From an uncultured Verrucomicrobiae bacterium (GTDB lineage Bacteria; Verrucomicrobiota; Verrucomicrobiia; Limisphaerales; CAIMTB01), in NCBI GenBank assembly GCA_963841495.1, contig CAWJDJ010000011.1, forward strand, positions 589,518 to 653,517: 64,000 nt of DNA, in the 5' to 3' direction. How positions within the stretch are numbered: position 1 is the stretch's first letter; every line of letters begins with the position of its first letter. Below are positions 51,307-61,324 of this stretch, piece after piece. The translations under genes were made by a program, and so were the position numbers. Below the pieces are notes generated by a model. That model was not told the DNA's origin and did not search any database. It saw nothing but the letters and a program-made list of their open reading frames with translations.

Positions 51307-52440
51307 ATGACGGGCGCAGCGTTCAGGATGGGCGAGCTCGGCCTGGGGTCGAACCTCTTCCTTTCGCCGCTCGCGGGTTACACGAACCTGCCGTTTCGGC
51401 TCGTGGTCCGCGGGATGGGCGGCATCGGCCTTTGCACGACGGACCTCGTCAATGCCCGGTCCCTGCTCGAGCGCAATCGCAAGGCGCTCAAACTCATTGA
51501 GACGAACGAAAGCGATCAGCCATTGGCGGTCCAGTTGTTCGGCTCGGTGCCGGAGGAAATGAGGGACGCCGCGCAGTACCTCGAGTCCCTCGGGGTGGCA
51601 TCCGTGGACATCAACATGGGATGTCCTGTCCGCAAGGTCTGCCGAGTCGGTGGCGGTTCGGCGATGATGACCGAACTCCGGCAGACCCAGGAGCTCGTCC
51701 GAAGGATGGTGGAGGCCGTCCGAATCCCGGTGACGGCCAAGATGCGGCTCGGGTGGGACGACGCGAACCTGACCGCGCCCGACCTGGCCCGCGCGCTGGA
51801 GGAGGTCGGGGTTGCGGCGGTCTTCGTCCATGGTCGAACGCGGGAGCAGGGCTTCGGTGGCTCGGTGAAGCTGGACGGCATTCGACGGGTCGTCGAGGCC
51901 GTCCGCACGATCCCGGTCATCGGGAACGGCGACGTGACAACCCCGGAGGCGGCGCGTGTCATGCTCGAGACCACAGGGTGCGCCGGCGTCAGCATCGGTC
52001 GCGGGGCCTTCTACGATCCCTGGATCTTCCGCCGTACCCGGCACTTTCTGGAAACGGGCGTGTTGCTTCCGGAACCGACTTTCGACGAGCGCGTCTCGGT
52101 GATGAGCCGGCACCTCGCGTACATGATCGAGACCTTCGGCGAGGAACACGGGTGCCGCATGTTTCGCAAGGTGGGGCCGTGGTATGCGAAGCGTTTCGGT
52201 CCTGCGAGCGTGTTCAACAAGCGCATTGTTCAACTCGCATCGGTGTTGGAGTTCCACGCGATCCTCGAAGCCTATGTGAGCTGGCGGGCGCAGTTTTGCG
52301 ATGATCGGGGCGAACTGCTTCCTCGGTATCGTCCCGCGCCGCACTGTCCCGTGATCTTTCCCGACGCGGTTCGCACCCATGCTCCCGCTGCGGAGCGGGT
52401 GGAAATCCCGGTGCCCTCCGGACCCGTGGAGGTCTGGTGA
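51307..52440 (+). CDS. dusB: tRNA-dihydrouridine synthase
   Basis: LSPLAGYTNLPFRLV, VDINMGCP, MRLGWDD motifs. ATG verified at 51307. Confidence 0.85.
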   Translation: MTGAAFRMGELGLGSNLFLSPLAGYTNLPFRLVVRGMGGIGLCTTDLVNARSLLERNRKALKLIETNESDQPLAVQLFGSVPEEMRDAAQYLESLGVASVDINMGCPVRKVCRVGGGSAMMTELRQTQELVRRMVEAVRIPVTAKMRLGWDDANLTAPDLARALEEVGVAAVFVHGRTREQGFGGSVKLDGIRRVVEAVRTIPVIGNGDVTTPEAARVMLETTGCAGVSIGRGAFYDPWIFRRTRHFLETGVLLPEPTFDERVSVMSRHLAYMIETFGEEHGCRMFRKVGPWYAKRFGPASVFNKRIVQLASVLEFHAILEAYVSWRAQFCDDRGELLPRYRPAPHCPVIFPDAVRTHAPAAERVEIPVPSGPVEVW

Positions 52441-53393
52441 GCCCGGTCTCCCAGGCACGCCGGCGACAGTGCATCGGACGCCATTCCCCTCGAGGACGTC
52501 GTTCAGCGCCCGGCCGGTGGGGCAGGCGATCGGCTTGGGTCGCCGGAAGTGGCGGGCTGTTCGTCGTCCTGGCGGGTTTCTTCGTGTGGCAGGCCTGTCC
52601 GCGAGGCCCGCGGATCCTCGAAAACTGGCCCCATACCGCCCCGCGATTCGGCGCCTGGCAGACGGTGGCGCCGGGTCTCGCCTATGCCCGGGCGAACCGG
52701 GAGTTGCCCAGGCCGATGAAATGCCATGGGGTCCGCATCGACCTGCGGAACCCGCACCTCGAGGTGGTGGTCGCAGCCTCGCGTGACGCCGATGGCGGGA
52801 TCCTTTCGGCATGGCCGACGTCGCTCGTGCGATCGGATCGCCTCCTGGCGGCAATCAACGCGACGCCGTTCACGCCGGAACGCTTCCTTCCAGGACGCCC
52901 GGTTCAGCCCCAGGGCATTCTCATGCGGGAAGGGACGGTTCTTTCGGCGGCGGCGGGCAACTTCGATGCCCTCGTCGAGTCCGGGTCCGGTGAATGGTCC
53001 ATGCAATTGGGTCAGCCGACGCCGGCCGGCGCCCGTCTCGCCGTCGGCGGTTTCGTGGTCAACCTGCTGCACGGCGAGAATCGCGGGGAACGCCAGACGC
53101 CGGATGCCACGACCGTGGTGGGGCTATCCGCGGATCGCGCCTGGATGTTCTGGCTGGTGGTGGATGGGGGTCAGCCCGGTTACAGCGAGGGCGCCACTCC
53201 GCGCGAGACGGCCGATCTGCTGCGCGAGCTCGGGGCCGCCGACGCCTTGAGCCTGGACGGAGGAAGCTCGTCGGCGCTCGTGATGGCGGGGGGATGGCGG
53301 GGGGCCCGGGTGGTGAACCGCCCGCGCAGCCCTGGGGTTTCGGGCCTTCAACGACCAGTGGCCTGCGTCCTGGGGGTCCGAGTGCGACCGTGA
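52437..53393 (+). CDS. Phosphodiester glycosidase family (DUF2233) protein
   Basis: GTGA overlap with dusB. LDGGSSSALVMAGG is a DUF2233 motif. N-terminal TM anchor. Confidence 0.55.
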   Translation: MSPVSQARRRQCIGRHSPRGRRSAPGRWGRRSAWVAGSGGLFVVLAGFFVWQACPRGPRILENWPHTAPRFGAWQTVAPGLAYARANRELPRPMKCHGVRIDLRNPHLEVVVAASRDADGGILSAWPTSLVRSDRLLAAINATPFTPERFLPGRPVQPQGILMREGTVLSAAAGNFDALVESGSGEWSMQLGQPTPAGARLAVGGFVVNLLHGENRGERQTPDATTVVGLSADRAWMFWLVVDGGQPGYSEGATPRETADLLRELGAADALSLDGGSSSALVMAGGWRGARVVNRPRSPGVSGLQRPVACVLGVRVRP

Positions 53394-53423
53394 GACCCCC
53401 TGCGGTATCGCGACGATGCCGCC

Positions 53424-54308
53424 CTACGGGCTTCGACGATTCGGGTTCCAGACGACGTCCGGGTTGAACTTCTCCTCGCGGGTGGCGCCACCATTGGTGA
53501 TGTAACTGCGCTTGAAGAAGTTCGCGTGTCCGTCGACGAAGACGATGTTGGCCCCGCGGCTGCTGTGTCGTTGCGAGAACTGGCTGCTTCGGGCCGCGGG
53601 GAAGATGCCGTTGCGCTCGGGCTCCGGGGTGTAGCGTTCGAGGGTTGGACTGAAGGCGACGTCCGTCAGCACGACGGTCGCGCCGGGGTTCGGCAGGGCG
53701 CTGAGGCGGGGCATGGCGGGGTATTCGAATGCACTGACACCCCCGTCGACGTGGCTCCCGGACAGCAGCTTGAGATCGGCGTTCATGCTCAGGCTGAAGA
53801 ATCCAAAGAAACCGTCCCGCAGAAAGGGATCCTTCGGAGTCGATCGCGCGGAGGGGCAGTGCCAGAAGGTGCCCACGCCGCCCGGAAACGGAAGCTCTTC
53901 CCGAGGATACACCACCTTCGACCAGTAATTGGACAGGGGCAATTCCCCGACGCCTGTCGGCAGGACATTGAACCAGGCAAACGGGTCGTTGGGGCTTCCG
54001 GCGCCCGCGCGCGCGCCAGTGTCCACCGCGTAGGCGCCACGGCTGTCTGTCCCGTCGCGGGGCAGCAGATCGTCGCTCTCCCCCAGGTAGACATTCAGGG
54101 CAAGACCCCATTGCCGCAGATTGTTCAGGCATTTCATCCCCTGCGCCCTGGCCTTGGCCTTGGCGAAAGCCGGCATCAGCAGGCTTGCCAATATCACGAT
54201 CATCGCCACAACGACGAGCAACTCCACCAACGTGAAGCCGTGGTTCGGCACGGCGACAGAACGGCGGTCCTGACCGAAGCGTTTTCGCCTTTGTGGGACG
54301 AGTCTCAT
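53424..54308 (-). CDS. DUF1559 prepilin-type N-terminal cleavage/methylation domain protein
   Basis: GFTLVELLVVVAMIVILASLL. C-terminal RGANIVFVDGHANFF is an H-X9-DG-type motif. Confidence 0.7.
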   Translation of the reverse strand: MRLVPQRRKRFGQDRRSVAVPNHGFTLVELLVVVAMIVILASLLMPAFAKAKARAQGMKCLNNLRQWGLALNVYLGESDDLLPRDGTDSRGAYAVDTGARAGAGSPNDPFAWFNVLPTGVGELPLSNYWSKVVYPREELPFPGGVGTFWHCPSARSTPKDPFLRDGFFGFFSLSMNADLKLLSGSHVDGGVSAFEYPAMPRLSALPNPGATVVLTDVAFSPTLERYTPEPERNGIFPAARSSQFSQRHSSRGANIVFVDGHANFFKRSYITNGGATREEKFNPDVVWNPNRRSP

Positions 54309-54411
54309 GGATACGACGATGCAGGCGCCTGATCGATGAATCTGAGCCTAGGCCGCGCGGGTGCCGTCGGCAAGAGGCACGTGAGCGTCTTTCGTTCGTG
54401 CGGTGTCGGGT

Positions 54412-55482
54412 TCATACGGGAGCCGACGGGCCCCGTTCCACCCCCAGGCCGATTCGGGATGGCGCCTCTTTCAAGGAGATTCGACCCCCAACGGCGGTGG
54501 CGCCTCGAAACGGGTCATTGGTGATGAGCAGGTTTCCGTCCAGGTCCAGGTAGTCGGTCAATTCGGCGAGGTGCGCCGCCGCGGTGATCAGGATGCTCGA
54601 TTCGATCATGCAGCCGAGCATGGTCTTGAGTCCGGCGTCCCGAGCCGCGCGGAGCGCCTGGAGCGCCGGGCTGACCCCGCCCGTCTTGACCAGTTTCACA
54701 TTGACGGCGTGGAAGCGCCCGACGACGGACGGCAGGTCGGCCGCGCTGCGATAGGATTCATCCGCCATCAGGAGCAGCGGCGAACGCACCTTGAGCCACT
54801 CCCAATCGGCGGGGGGCGTGCTCGCCGGCATGGGTTGTTCGACGAATTCGATGCGGCCATCCCTGGCCAGCCACTCCAACTCGTGCAGGGCGATCTCCCG
54901 GGTCTTCCAGGCCTCATTGGCGTCCACCCGGACCGTCTTGGTGGGGGCGACGGCGCGCAGCGCGGCCAGGTTCTCACGGTCCGTGTGGCTGCCCAGTTTC
55001 AATTTCAAAACCGGATAATCCTCCGCCTCCCGGGCCTTGGTCCGGATCATCTCCGGGGTGTCGATCCCGATGCTCAAACAAGTCGTGTGCCGATTCTCGG
55101 TGAAACCAAGTCCCAGGAAGGCGTGAAGTGGAAGATTCGCCCGGCGTGCCGCGCCGTCGACCAGCGCAATGTCCAGCGCACATCGAGCCGCAGGCTCGGC
55201 CGCACCGACGCTGCCCAGGTACTCCAGGCTTCGCTCCAGGTCCACGAACGACAGACGGGACGAATCGATCCGACCGAGGAACGCCTGGACCGATTCGGTC
55301 GATTCCGCGTAGCGAGTCGACGGCGCGCTCTCACCGAAGCCCTCGACACCGTCGGCGTCGCGCAGTCGCACCATCACGACCGGAAACGCCTCGGTGCCGG
55401 GACCGCCGCCGGGTCCGGTCCGACTGGCGATGGTCCAGCGATGCGCGAGTTGCAGGGCGAACGGCCGATAGACGAGTTCCAT
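54412..55482 (-). CDS. Mandelate racemase/muconate lactonizing enzyme family protein (dipeptide epimerase-like)
   Basis: ATG verified at 55482 (MELVYRPF). KLKLG, VRVDANEAW, LEWLARDGRIEFVEQP, LMADES enolase-superfamily motifs. Confidence 0.75.
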   Translation of the reverse strand: MELVYRPFALQLAHRWTIASRTGPGGGPGTEAFPVVMVRLRDADGVEGFGESAPSTRYAESTESVQAFLGRIDSSRLSFVDLERSLEYLGSVGAAEPAARCALDIALVDGAARRANLPLHAFLGLGFTENRHTTCLSIGIDTPEMIRTKAREAEDYPVLKLKLGSHTDRENLAALRAVAPTKTVRVDANEAWKTREIALHELEWLARDGRIEFVEQPMPASTPPADWEWLKVRSPLLLMADESYRSAADLPSVVGRFHAVNVKLVKTGGVSPALQALRAARDAGLKTMLGCMIESSILITAAAHLAELTDYLDLDGNLLITNDPFRGATAVGGRISLKEAPSRIGLGVERGPSAPV

Positions 55483-55804
55483 GGGGCCATTGAAGGCGGA
55501 ATGCGAGGTGCCGACAATTGGGGAGTGGGCAGGAACGGCCTCGGCCAGGGAATGCCCGTGTTGTTCCCGGACCCGCGCCAGGGTCATCGCGTGGACGACT
55601 GCCATGCAGATTACGCGCGGCCGCGCCGGCACAGCGTGCTGGGGGCGGACCCAACTGCCACGCGAGGCCCCGGCGGAATGCGGCGCCCGGGCTGCCGCTC
55701 CGCCGCGCCCGCCGCGCCCGCCGCGCGGCGCGGACTGGCCATACCCGCGCAGCCTGCTATCGTGGGCTGCAGCGTCGTCTCAATTCCCGATCTTCCATGA
55801 CATC

Positions 55805-57257
55805 ATGAATTCCCTGCAATCGAGCGGTCTTCCCTTCGGTGTGCCGCGGTCCCGGCGCTGGTTCCTTCGCGATTGCGGTGTCGGTCTTGGGAAGATCGCG
55901 CTGGCGGGCCTCTTGAGCGACTCATTGTCCGTACGCGGGGCGAGCCTCGCGGCAGTCAATCCGCTCGGCCCGCGGCGGCCCCATTTTCCAGCCAGGGCAA
56001 AGGCCGTCATCCACCTGTTCATGGCGGGGGCGCCGAGCCAGCTGGATCTCTTCGATTACAAACCGGCGCTATCGCGATTGGAGGGCAAACCGATGCCGCC
56101 GTCGGTCATCATGGGCCAGCGTTATGCGTTCATCCGGCCCGACGCGGCCGTGCTGGGACCGCGCTTCAAGTTCTCCAGGTACGGGAAGGCGGGGACGGAG
56201 CTCTCCGAGATGCTCCCCGCCTGGCAACCGTCGTGGACGACATCTCCGTGATCCGTTCCTGCAAGACCGACCAGTTCAATCACGCGCCGGCCCAGATCTT
56301 CTTCAACACCGGTTTTTCCCAGCCCGGGCGGCCGAGCATGGGCTCCTGGGTGCTCTACGGACTTGGCTGCGAGAGCGAGGACCTGCCGGCCTTCGTCGTG
56401 ATGTCCACCGGCGCGGGCATCAGCGGCGGCGCCGCCAACTGGTCGAGCGGCTTTTTGCCCACCGTCTACACCGGCGTGCGCTTCCGCAACTCACGGCGAT
56501 CCCATCCTGAATGTGTCGAGCCCGAAGGGCATCGATGCCCGGCTTCAGCGTGAGACGCTCGAGCTCGTGGCGGATCTGAACCGGCGCCGACTGGGGCAGG
56601 TCGGCGATCCGGAGATCGCCACGCGGATCGCGAGCTACGAGATGGCCTTCCGCCTCCAGACGTCGGCCCCGGAACTGATGGATCTGAGCAGGGAGACCAA
56701 GGAGACTCTCGAGATGTACGGATGCGATCCCGCCAAGCCGACGTTCGCGCGCGCCTGCCTCCTGGCCCGGCGCATGGTCGAGCGGGGCGTCCGCTTCATC
56801 AACATCTACCACGAAGGCTGGGATGCCCATTCCGACGTGGCCGGCAATCTCAGGACCAACTGCGGCGCAACCGACAAGGCGTGCGCCGCCCTGGTCCAGG
56901 ACCTGAAGCAGCGGGGGATGCTCGACTCGACCCTGGTCATCTGGGGCGGCGAATTCGGCCGCACGCCGATGGTGGAGAGCAATGCCGCCCTTGGACGCAG
57001 CCTGGGCCGCGATCATCATCCGCAGGCCTTCACCATGTGGATGGCGGGCGGCGGCATCAAAGCGGGACTGAATTACGGGGCGACCGATGACCTCGGATTC
57101 CATGCCGTCGAAAACGAGGTCCACGATCCATGATATTCAGGCGACCATTCTCCACTGCCTCGGCCTGGATCACGAGCGGCTGACGTATCATTACCAGGGG
57201 CGTGATTTCCGGTTGACGGACGTCCAGGGTCGGGTGGTGAAGGACATCCTGGCCTGA
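55805..57257 (+). pseudogene. DUF1501 (sulfatase-like, Tat-signal) gene disrupted by at least 3 frameshifts
   Basis: The reading frame switches at about 56230, 56490 and 57125 across track ORFs 55481..56251, 55873..56553, 56513..57133 and a tail to 57257. The stitched product is a complete DUF1501 protein ([14 protein letters not shown] Tat signal ... [12 protein letters not shown] ... GGEFGRTP ... DHHPQAFTMWMAGGG). Confidence 0.7.
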
Positions 57258-57530
57258 GAGCCCGTCTGAAAAGTAGGAACGGCCCTGCCACGAGGGATTT
57301 TGTGCGAGGCCGAGGCGGCGAGACCGGAGCATCCCCGCAGTGGGCTGTGACGGTCGAGCCAACGAAGGCCTCGCGCAAAAGACCCGTCGCCCGGAGGGTT
57401 TTCGCAGGAAAGGCCGGCTGGCTTCGTTGCTCCTCAGTCACAGACCCCTGAAGGGTAGGCTCCTTCGTCGCGCCTCGCCATCCGGCCTTTCCTGCGAAAA
57501 CAGGGCCATTCCAACTTTTCAGACGGGCTC
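57258..57530. repeat. MITE-like element copy 1 (273 bp, 28-bp imperfect terminal inverted repeats)
   Basis: Left end gagcccgtctgaaaagtaggaacggccc; right end gggccattccaacttttcagacgggctc. The internal sequence is also largely self-complementary, giving a long hairpin. It starts at the DUF1501 stop codon. Confidence 0.6.
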
Positions 57531-57644
57531 TAACTAAGGGCGGCCATGACCGGCGGGTACCGAACCGCGGTCCTGCCCCTCGGTGGCGGCAGCCCTTGAC
57601 TCCCACAGGGTTCGTCTCCCAAATGCAGGCGTTCTGACTGATCC

Positions 57645-58307
57645 ATGAAACGATTTTCAGCCTATTTCGCCGTCCTGGCCGCCGGGACCCTGCTCGCCGC
57701 CGCCGCCGAGTCCAATCCCATCGTGGAAATGAAGACGTCCCTCGGGACCGTTACCCTCGAGATCGCCCAGGACAAGGCCCCCATCACCGCGGCGAACTTC
57801 CTGAAGTACGTCGAGAAGAAACAATACGACGGGACGGTGTTCCACCGCGTCATCCATGGCTTCATGAACCAGGGAGGCGGCTTCACGGTGGAAGACGGGG
57901 ACCTGATCGAGAAGGAGACGATGGCCCCGATCAAGAACGAGGCGAAGGCGAGCGGACTTCGCAATGAGCCGGGCACGATTTCCATGGCCCGCACCCGGAG
58001 CCCCGACAGCGCCACCGCGCAGTTCTTCATCAACGTGCATAATCCCAACCGGCCCGCCGGCTACAACGACTTCCTCGATTTCGACAAGGCCCAGGACGGC
58101 GTCGGCTATGTCGTCTTCGGCAAGGTGATCAAGGGCATGGATGTGGTCGACAAGATCAACCAGGTTCGGACGACGCGGAAGATCCTCAAGAACCGTCTGC
58201 CCACTGGCGCCCTGGTCGCCTCGCCGACCGGGGATGTCCCGGAGACGAATGTCGTCATCGAATCGGTTCGGGTGGTGTCGGCCGACAAGCCCGCCGACAA
58301 GAAGTGA
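57645..58307 (+). CDS. ppiA: Peptidyl-prolyl cis-trans isomerase, cyclophilin type (secreted)
   Basis: Signal peptide MKRFSAYFAVLAAGTLLAAAA. FHRVIHGFMNQGGGF and ATAQFFI cyclophilin motifs. Confidence 0.85.
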   Translation: MKRFSAYFAVLAAGTLLAAAAESNPIVEMKTSLGTVTLEIAQDKAPITAANFLKYVEKKQYDGTVFHRVIHGFMNQGGGFTVEDGDLIEKETMAPIKNEAKASGLRNEPGTISMARTRSPDSATAQFFINVHNPNRPAGYNDFLDFDKAQDGVGYVVFGKVIKGMDVVDKINQVRTTRKILKNRLPTGALVASPTGDVPETNVVIESVRVVSADKPADKK

Positions 58308-58434
58308 GCGGGAAGTGTGCTGCGGACACCGGTCAGTTTGAACGCAGAAGCCTCGCCCGAATGACGGAGGCGCCGCCCGAGCCACCCGATTTTGCCTTTG
58401 CCGAACGCCGGGTCGTCCTTACGTTCAAGCGCCC

Positions 58435-59001
58435 ATGGCAAATGCTTCCAACCTGCCGGACGGTCTCTATGCCCGTCTCGACACCACGAAGGGCGAGATC
58501 ACGATCCAACTCGAGTTCGAAAAGACGCCGCTGACGGTGGCGAACTTCGTGGGCCTCGCCGAGGGGACCAAGGCGTATTCGACCGACAGCTCGGCCCCGA
58601 AGCCGCAGAATGGTCGACCTTACTTCGACGGCCTGGTCTTCCACCGCGTCATCGATCGATTCATGATCCAGGGAGGGGATCCGACGGGAACAGGTCGCGG
58701 GGGACCAGGGTACCGGTTCAAGGACGAATGCCGGTCCGACCTCCGGCATGATCGTCCTGGAATCCTGTCCATGGCCAATGCCGGCCCTGCCACCAATGGG
58801 AGCCAGTTCTTCATCACCCATTTGCCCACCCCGCACCTGGATGGAAAGCACACGGTATTTGGCCACGTGATCGAAGGCCAGCGAGTGGTGGACTCCATTC
58901 GGCAGGGTGACAAGATCGACAAGATCACGATTCTTCGCGTGGGCGAAAAGGCGGCGGACTTCAAGGGCGACCAGGCCGCATTCGAGGCCTTCTCGAAGTA
59001 G
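58435..59001 (+). CDS. ppiB: Peptidyl-prolyl cis-trans isomerase, cyclophilin type (cytoplasmic)
   Basis: [39 protein letters not shown]. Confidence 0.85.
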   Translation: MANASNLPDGLYARLDTTKGEITIQLEFEKTPLTVANFVGLAEGTKAYSTDSSAPKPQNGRPYFDGLVFHRVIDRFMIQGGDPTGTGRGGPGYRFKDECRSDLRHDRPGILSMANAGPATNGSQFFITHLPTPHLDGKHTVFGHVIEGQRVVDSIRQGDKIDKITILRVGEKAADFKGDQAAFEAFSK

Positions 59002-59023
59002 CGGCCCGACCAGGCGAAACCAA

Positions 59024-59051
59024 CAAGGGCGCCGGTCAGAGCCGGCGCCCT
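59024..59051 (+). terminator. Terminator-like GC hairpin after ppiB
   Basis: aagggcgccgg tcagag ccggcgccctt: 11-bp stem. No clear T-tract; it is followed directly by the MITE/intron. Confidence 0.4.
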
Positions 59052-59065
59052 TAGAGCCCGTCTGA

Positions 59066-61088
59066 GTGCGCCGTGGAAAGGCGCGGAACTCCAGTGGGGG
59101 GAGGACCCCACCCGGCAACTTTCGCTCCAGCCGGTAGCAGCCGGGGCGGGCACGGAAGCAATGAAGTGCCCGAAGCACCCCGGTGCAAAAGGCCCGTCAA
59201 GCGGGTCAGCGAGCAAGCAGGCCGTAATGCGAATGAACATCGAGAAGGTCCCGAAACCATCTGATGCGGACGCCGACCCAGCTCAGACATGGGGAAGGCT
59301 GCCATCGGGTACGAAGCGAGCGAAACACGCGAGACCCGAGTCCGCCGGGGCATTGATGAGGGCATGCTGGCAAAGGGAGTTCTGTGGCAACACGGGAGAT
59401 CCCGCCCGGAGTCGTAGGAAACGACAACGCATCGCCCGTGAGGGTCTGGGTGCGGCCGGCTGGGAAGTCGGAGAGGTCCGTAGTACCGGAGAAGCCGGGT
59501 AATGCCGGTGGAGGGAAGGGGCCTTGGTTCAAGGGCAACGAACGAAGAAGCAAAGGCGAAGAGATTGGCGTGAGCCTAACAACTCCGGAAAGTGTCTGGC
59601 AGCTTCAGGAGACGTTGCGTGCCAAAGCGAAGAGGGAACCGGCCTGCCGGTTTCACAGCCTGTACGACAAGATCTACCGCAAAGACGTGCTGTGGCACGC
59701 CTGGCAATGCTGCCGCTCCAACGGTGGCTCTGCGGGCGTGGATGGCGTGAGCTTTGAACAGATCGAAGCGACGGGTGTGAACGGCTGGCTGGAAGAACTG
59801 ACCCGGGAACTCCGGGAACGCACCTACCGGCCCGAGGCGGTGCGCCGGGTTTGGATTCCCAAACCCGGCAGCACCAAACAACGGCCTTTGGGCGTGCCCC
59901 GGATCAAGGATCGAGTCGTCCAGATGGCAGCGGTGCTCATTCTGGAACCGATCTTCGAGGCCGATATGCCTGACGAACAATACGGATACCGTCGGGGGCG
60001 CAGTGCTCATGATGCGATTCGTAAAATTCACGGGCTGCTCAACCAAGGATACCGCGACGTGGTCGATGGCGACCTCAGCGGCTATTTCGACTCCATTCCA
60101 CATCATGAACTGATGAAGAGCGTGGCCCGCCGCGTGAGCGATGGGACGATGCTCGCGCTCATCAAGTCGTGGTTACAAATGGCGGTTGTGGAGGATGACG
60201 GACACGGCGGCCAGCGCCGGACGAGCGTCGCCAGAGACACCGGGAGAGGCACTCCACAGGGAGCACCGATCTCGCCATGGCTCAGCAACCTCTACATGCG
60301 GCGATTTGTGCTGGGATGGAAGCGGCTTGGCTGGGAAGAGAAGCTGCAGGCGCGGGTGGTGGTCTACGCAGATGATTTCGTGATCCTGTGTCGCCGGAAG
60401 GCGGTGGAGGCGCGGGAGCAAATGCAGATCCTCATGACCAAGCTGAAGCTGACGGTCAACGAGCAGAAGACGCGCACTTGCCGTGTACCCGAAGAGAGTT
60501 TCGACTTTCTGGGGTACACCATTGGCAGGTGCTATTCGCCCAAGGACGGACATGCCTTCATCGGCACACGTCCCTCCGCCAAGCGGGTCAGCGGCATCTG
60601 CGATGAAATCAGCCGGATGACACAGCGGCACTCCTACGGGAAGCCCGTTGCGGTCCTGGTTGGTGAACTCAATCGAACCCTGCGCGGCTGGGGCAACTAT
60701 TTCTGCCTCGGCGCGGTCAGCCGAGCCTATCGGGCAGTGGACAACCACGCCCGCCATCGGCTGCGTCAGTGGCTGAACGGCAAGCACCGAAGTCGCGGCA
60801 TCCCGTCCCTACGACACGCTCCCATGTACCTCCACGGGGAGTTGGGGCTGCTACGGCTTTCAACGCTCACCGCCAGCCGATCGTGTGCGAAAGCATGAAC
60901 CCCCTTGAACGAAAGCCGGATGCCCGAAACGGGCACGTCCGGTTTGACGAGCGGGGAGTGGAAACGGAATGCACGGCGGGATATTCAGGCACCGGCAACC
61001 GAAAGGGCCGGCTCCAGCTACGGCCCGTCCTAAACATCACCGCGCCACTCCTCGACTCTACAAAATAAGTGGGGTCCTGTTTTCGCGG
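59066..61088 (+). mobile_element. Bacterial group II intron (5' GUGCG; 3' boundary approximate)
   Basis: Starts GTGCG immediately after the first 12 nt of the MITE. Encodes an RT/maturase. Domain V/VI were not mapped by eye, so the 3' end is inferred from where homology to MITE copy 1 resumes. Confidence 0.55.
59384..60898 (+). CDS. Group II intron-encoded reverse transcriptase/maturase
   Basis: RT motifs (RPLGVPRIKDRVVQ, YADDFVIL) and maturase domain X (LRGWGNYF). The true start is probably downstream, for example GTG near 59570 (VSLTTPE...). Confidence 0.8.
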   Translation: MATREIPPGVVGNDNASPVRVWVRPAGKSERSVVPEKPGNAGGGKGPWFKGNERRSKGEEIGVSLTTPESVWQLQETLRAKAKREPACRFHSLYDKIYRKDVLWHAWQCCRSNGGSAGVDGVSFEQIEATGVNGWLEELTRELRERTYRPEAVRRVWIPKPGSTKQRPLGVPRIKDRVVQMAAVLILEPIFEADMPDEQYGYRRGRSAHDAIRKIHGLLNQGYRDVVDGDLSGYFDSIPHHELMKSVARRVSDGTMLALIKSWLQMAVVEDDGHGGQRRTSVARDTGRGTPQGAPISPWLSNLYMRRFVLGWKRLGWEEKLQARVVVYADDFVILCRRKAVEAREQMQILMTKLKLTVNEQKTRTCRVPEESFDFLGYTIGRCYSPKDGHAFIGTRPSAKRVSGICDEISRMTQRHSYGKPVAVLVGELNRTLRGWGNYFCLGAVSRAYRAVDNHARHRLRQWLNGKHRSRGIPSLRHAPMYLHGELGLLRLSTLTASRSCAKA

Positions 61089-61324
61089 AAAAGGCCCTAT
61101 GGCGAGGCGCGACGAGGGAGCATACCCGCCAGCGGTCTGTGACGGTCGAGCCAACGAAGGCGCCTCGCGCAAAAGACCCGTCGCCCGAAGGGTTTTCGCA
61201 GGAAAGGCCGGCTGGCTTCGTTGCTCCTCAGTCACAGACCCCTGAAGGGTATGCTCCTTCGTCGCGCCTCGCCATTCGGCCTTTCCTGCGAAAACAGGGC
61301 CCCTCCTAATTTTCAGACGGGCTC

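Larger units (their letters stand above)
59054..61324. repeat. MITE-like element copy 2, interrupted by a group II intron
   Basis: Same termini as copy 1 (gagcccgtctga ... ttttcagacgggctc). The interior aligns with copy 1 from about 61089 onward (ctgtgacggtcgagccaacgaagg...). The roughly 2.0-kb size excess equals the intron. Confidence 0.55.

Noticed and set aside
42617-52854. Long antisense ORFs 42617..44173, 45505..47184, 47375..48802, 49797..51176, 51124..52854
   Set aside because: Opposite-strand shadows of rpsA, the SNF2 helicase, flotillin, the MFS transporter and dusB respectively.
59161-59502. 113-aa ORF inside the group II intron 5' region
   Set aside because: Lies in the intron's structured domains I-III upstream of the IEP gene; most likely non-coding ribozyme sequence.
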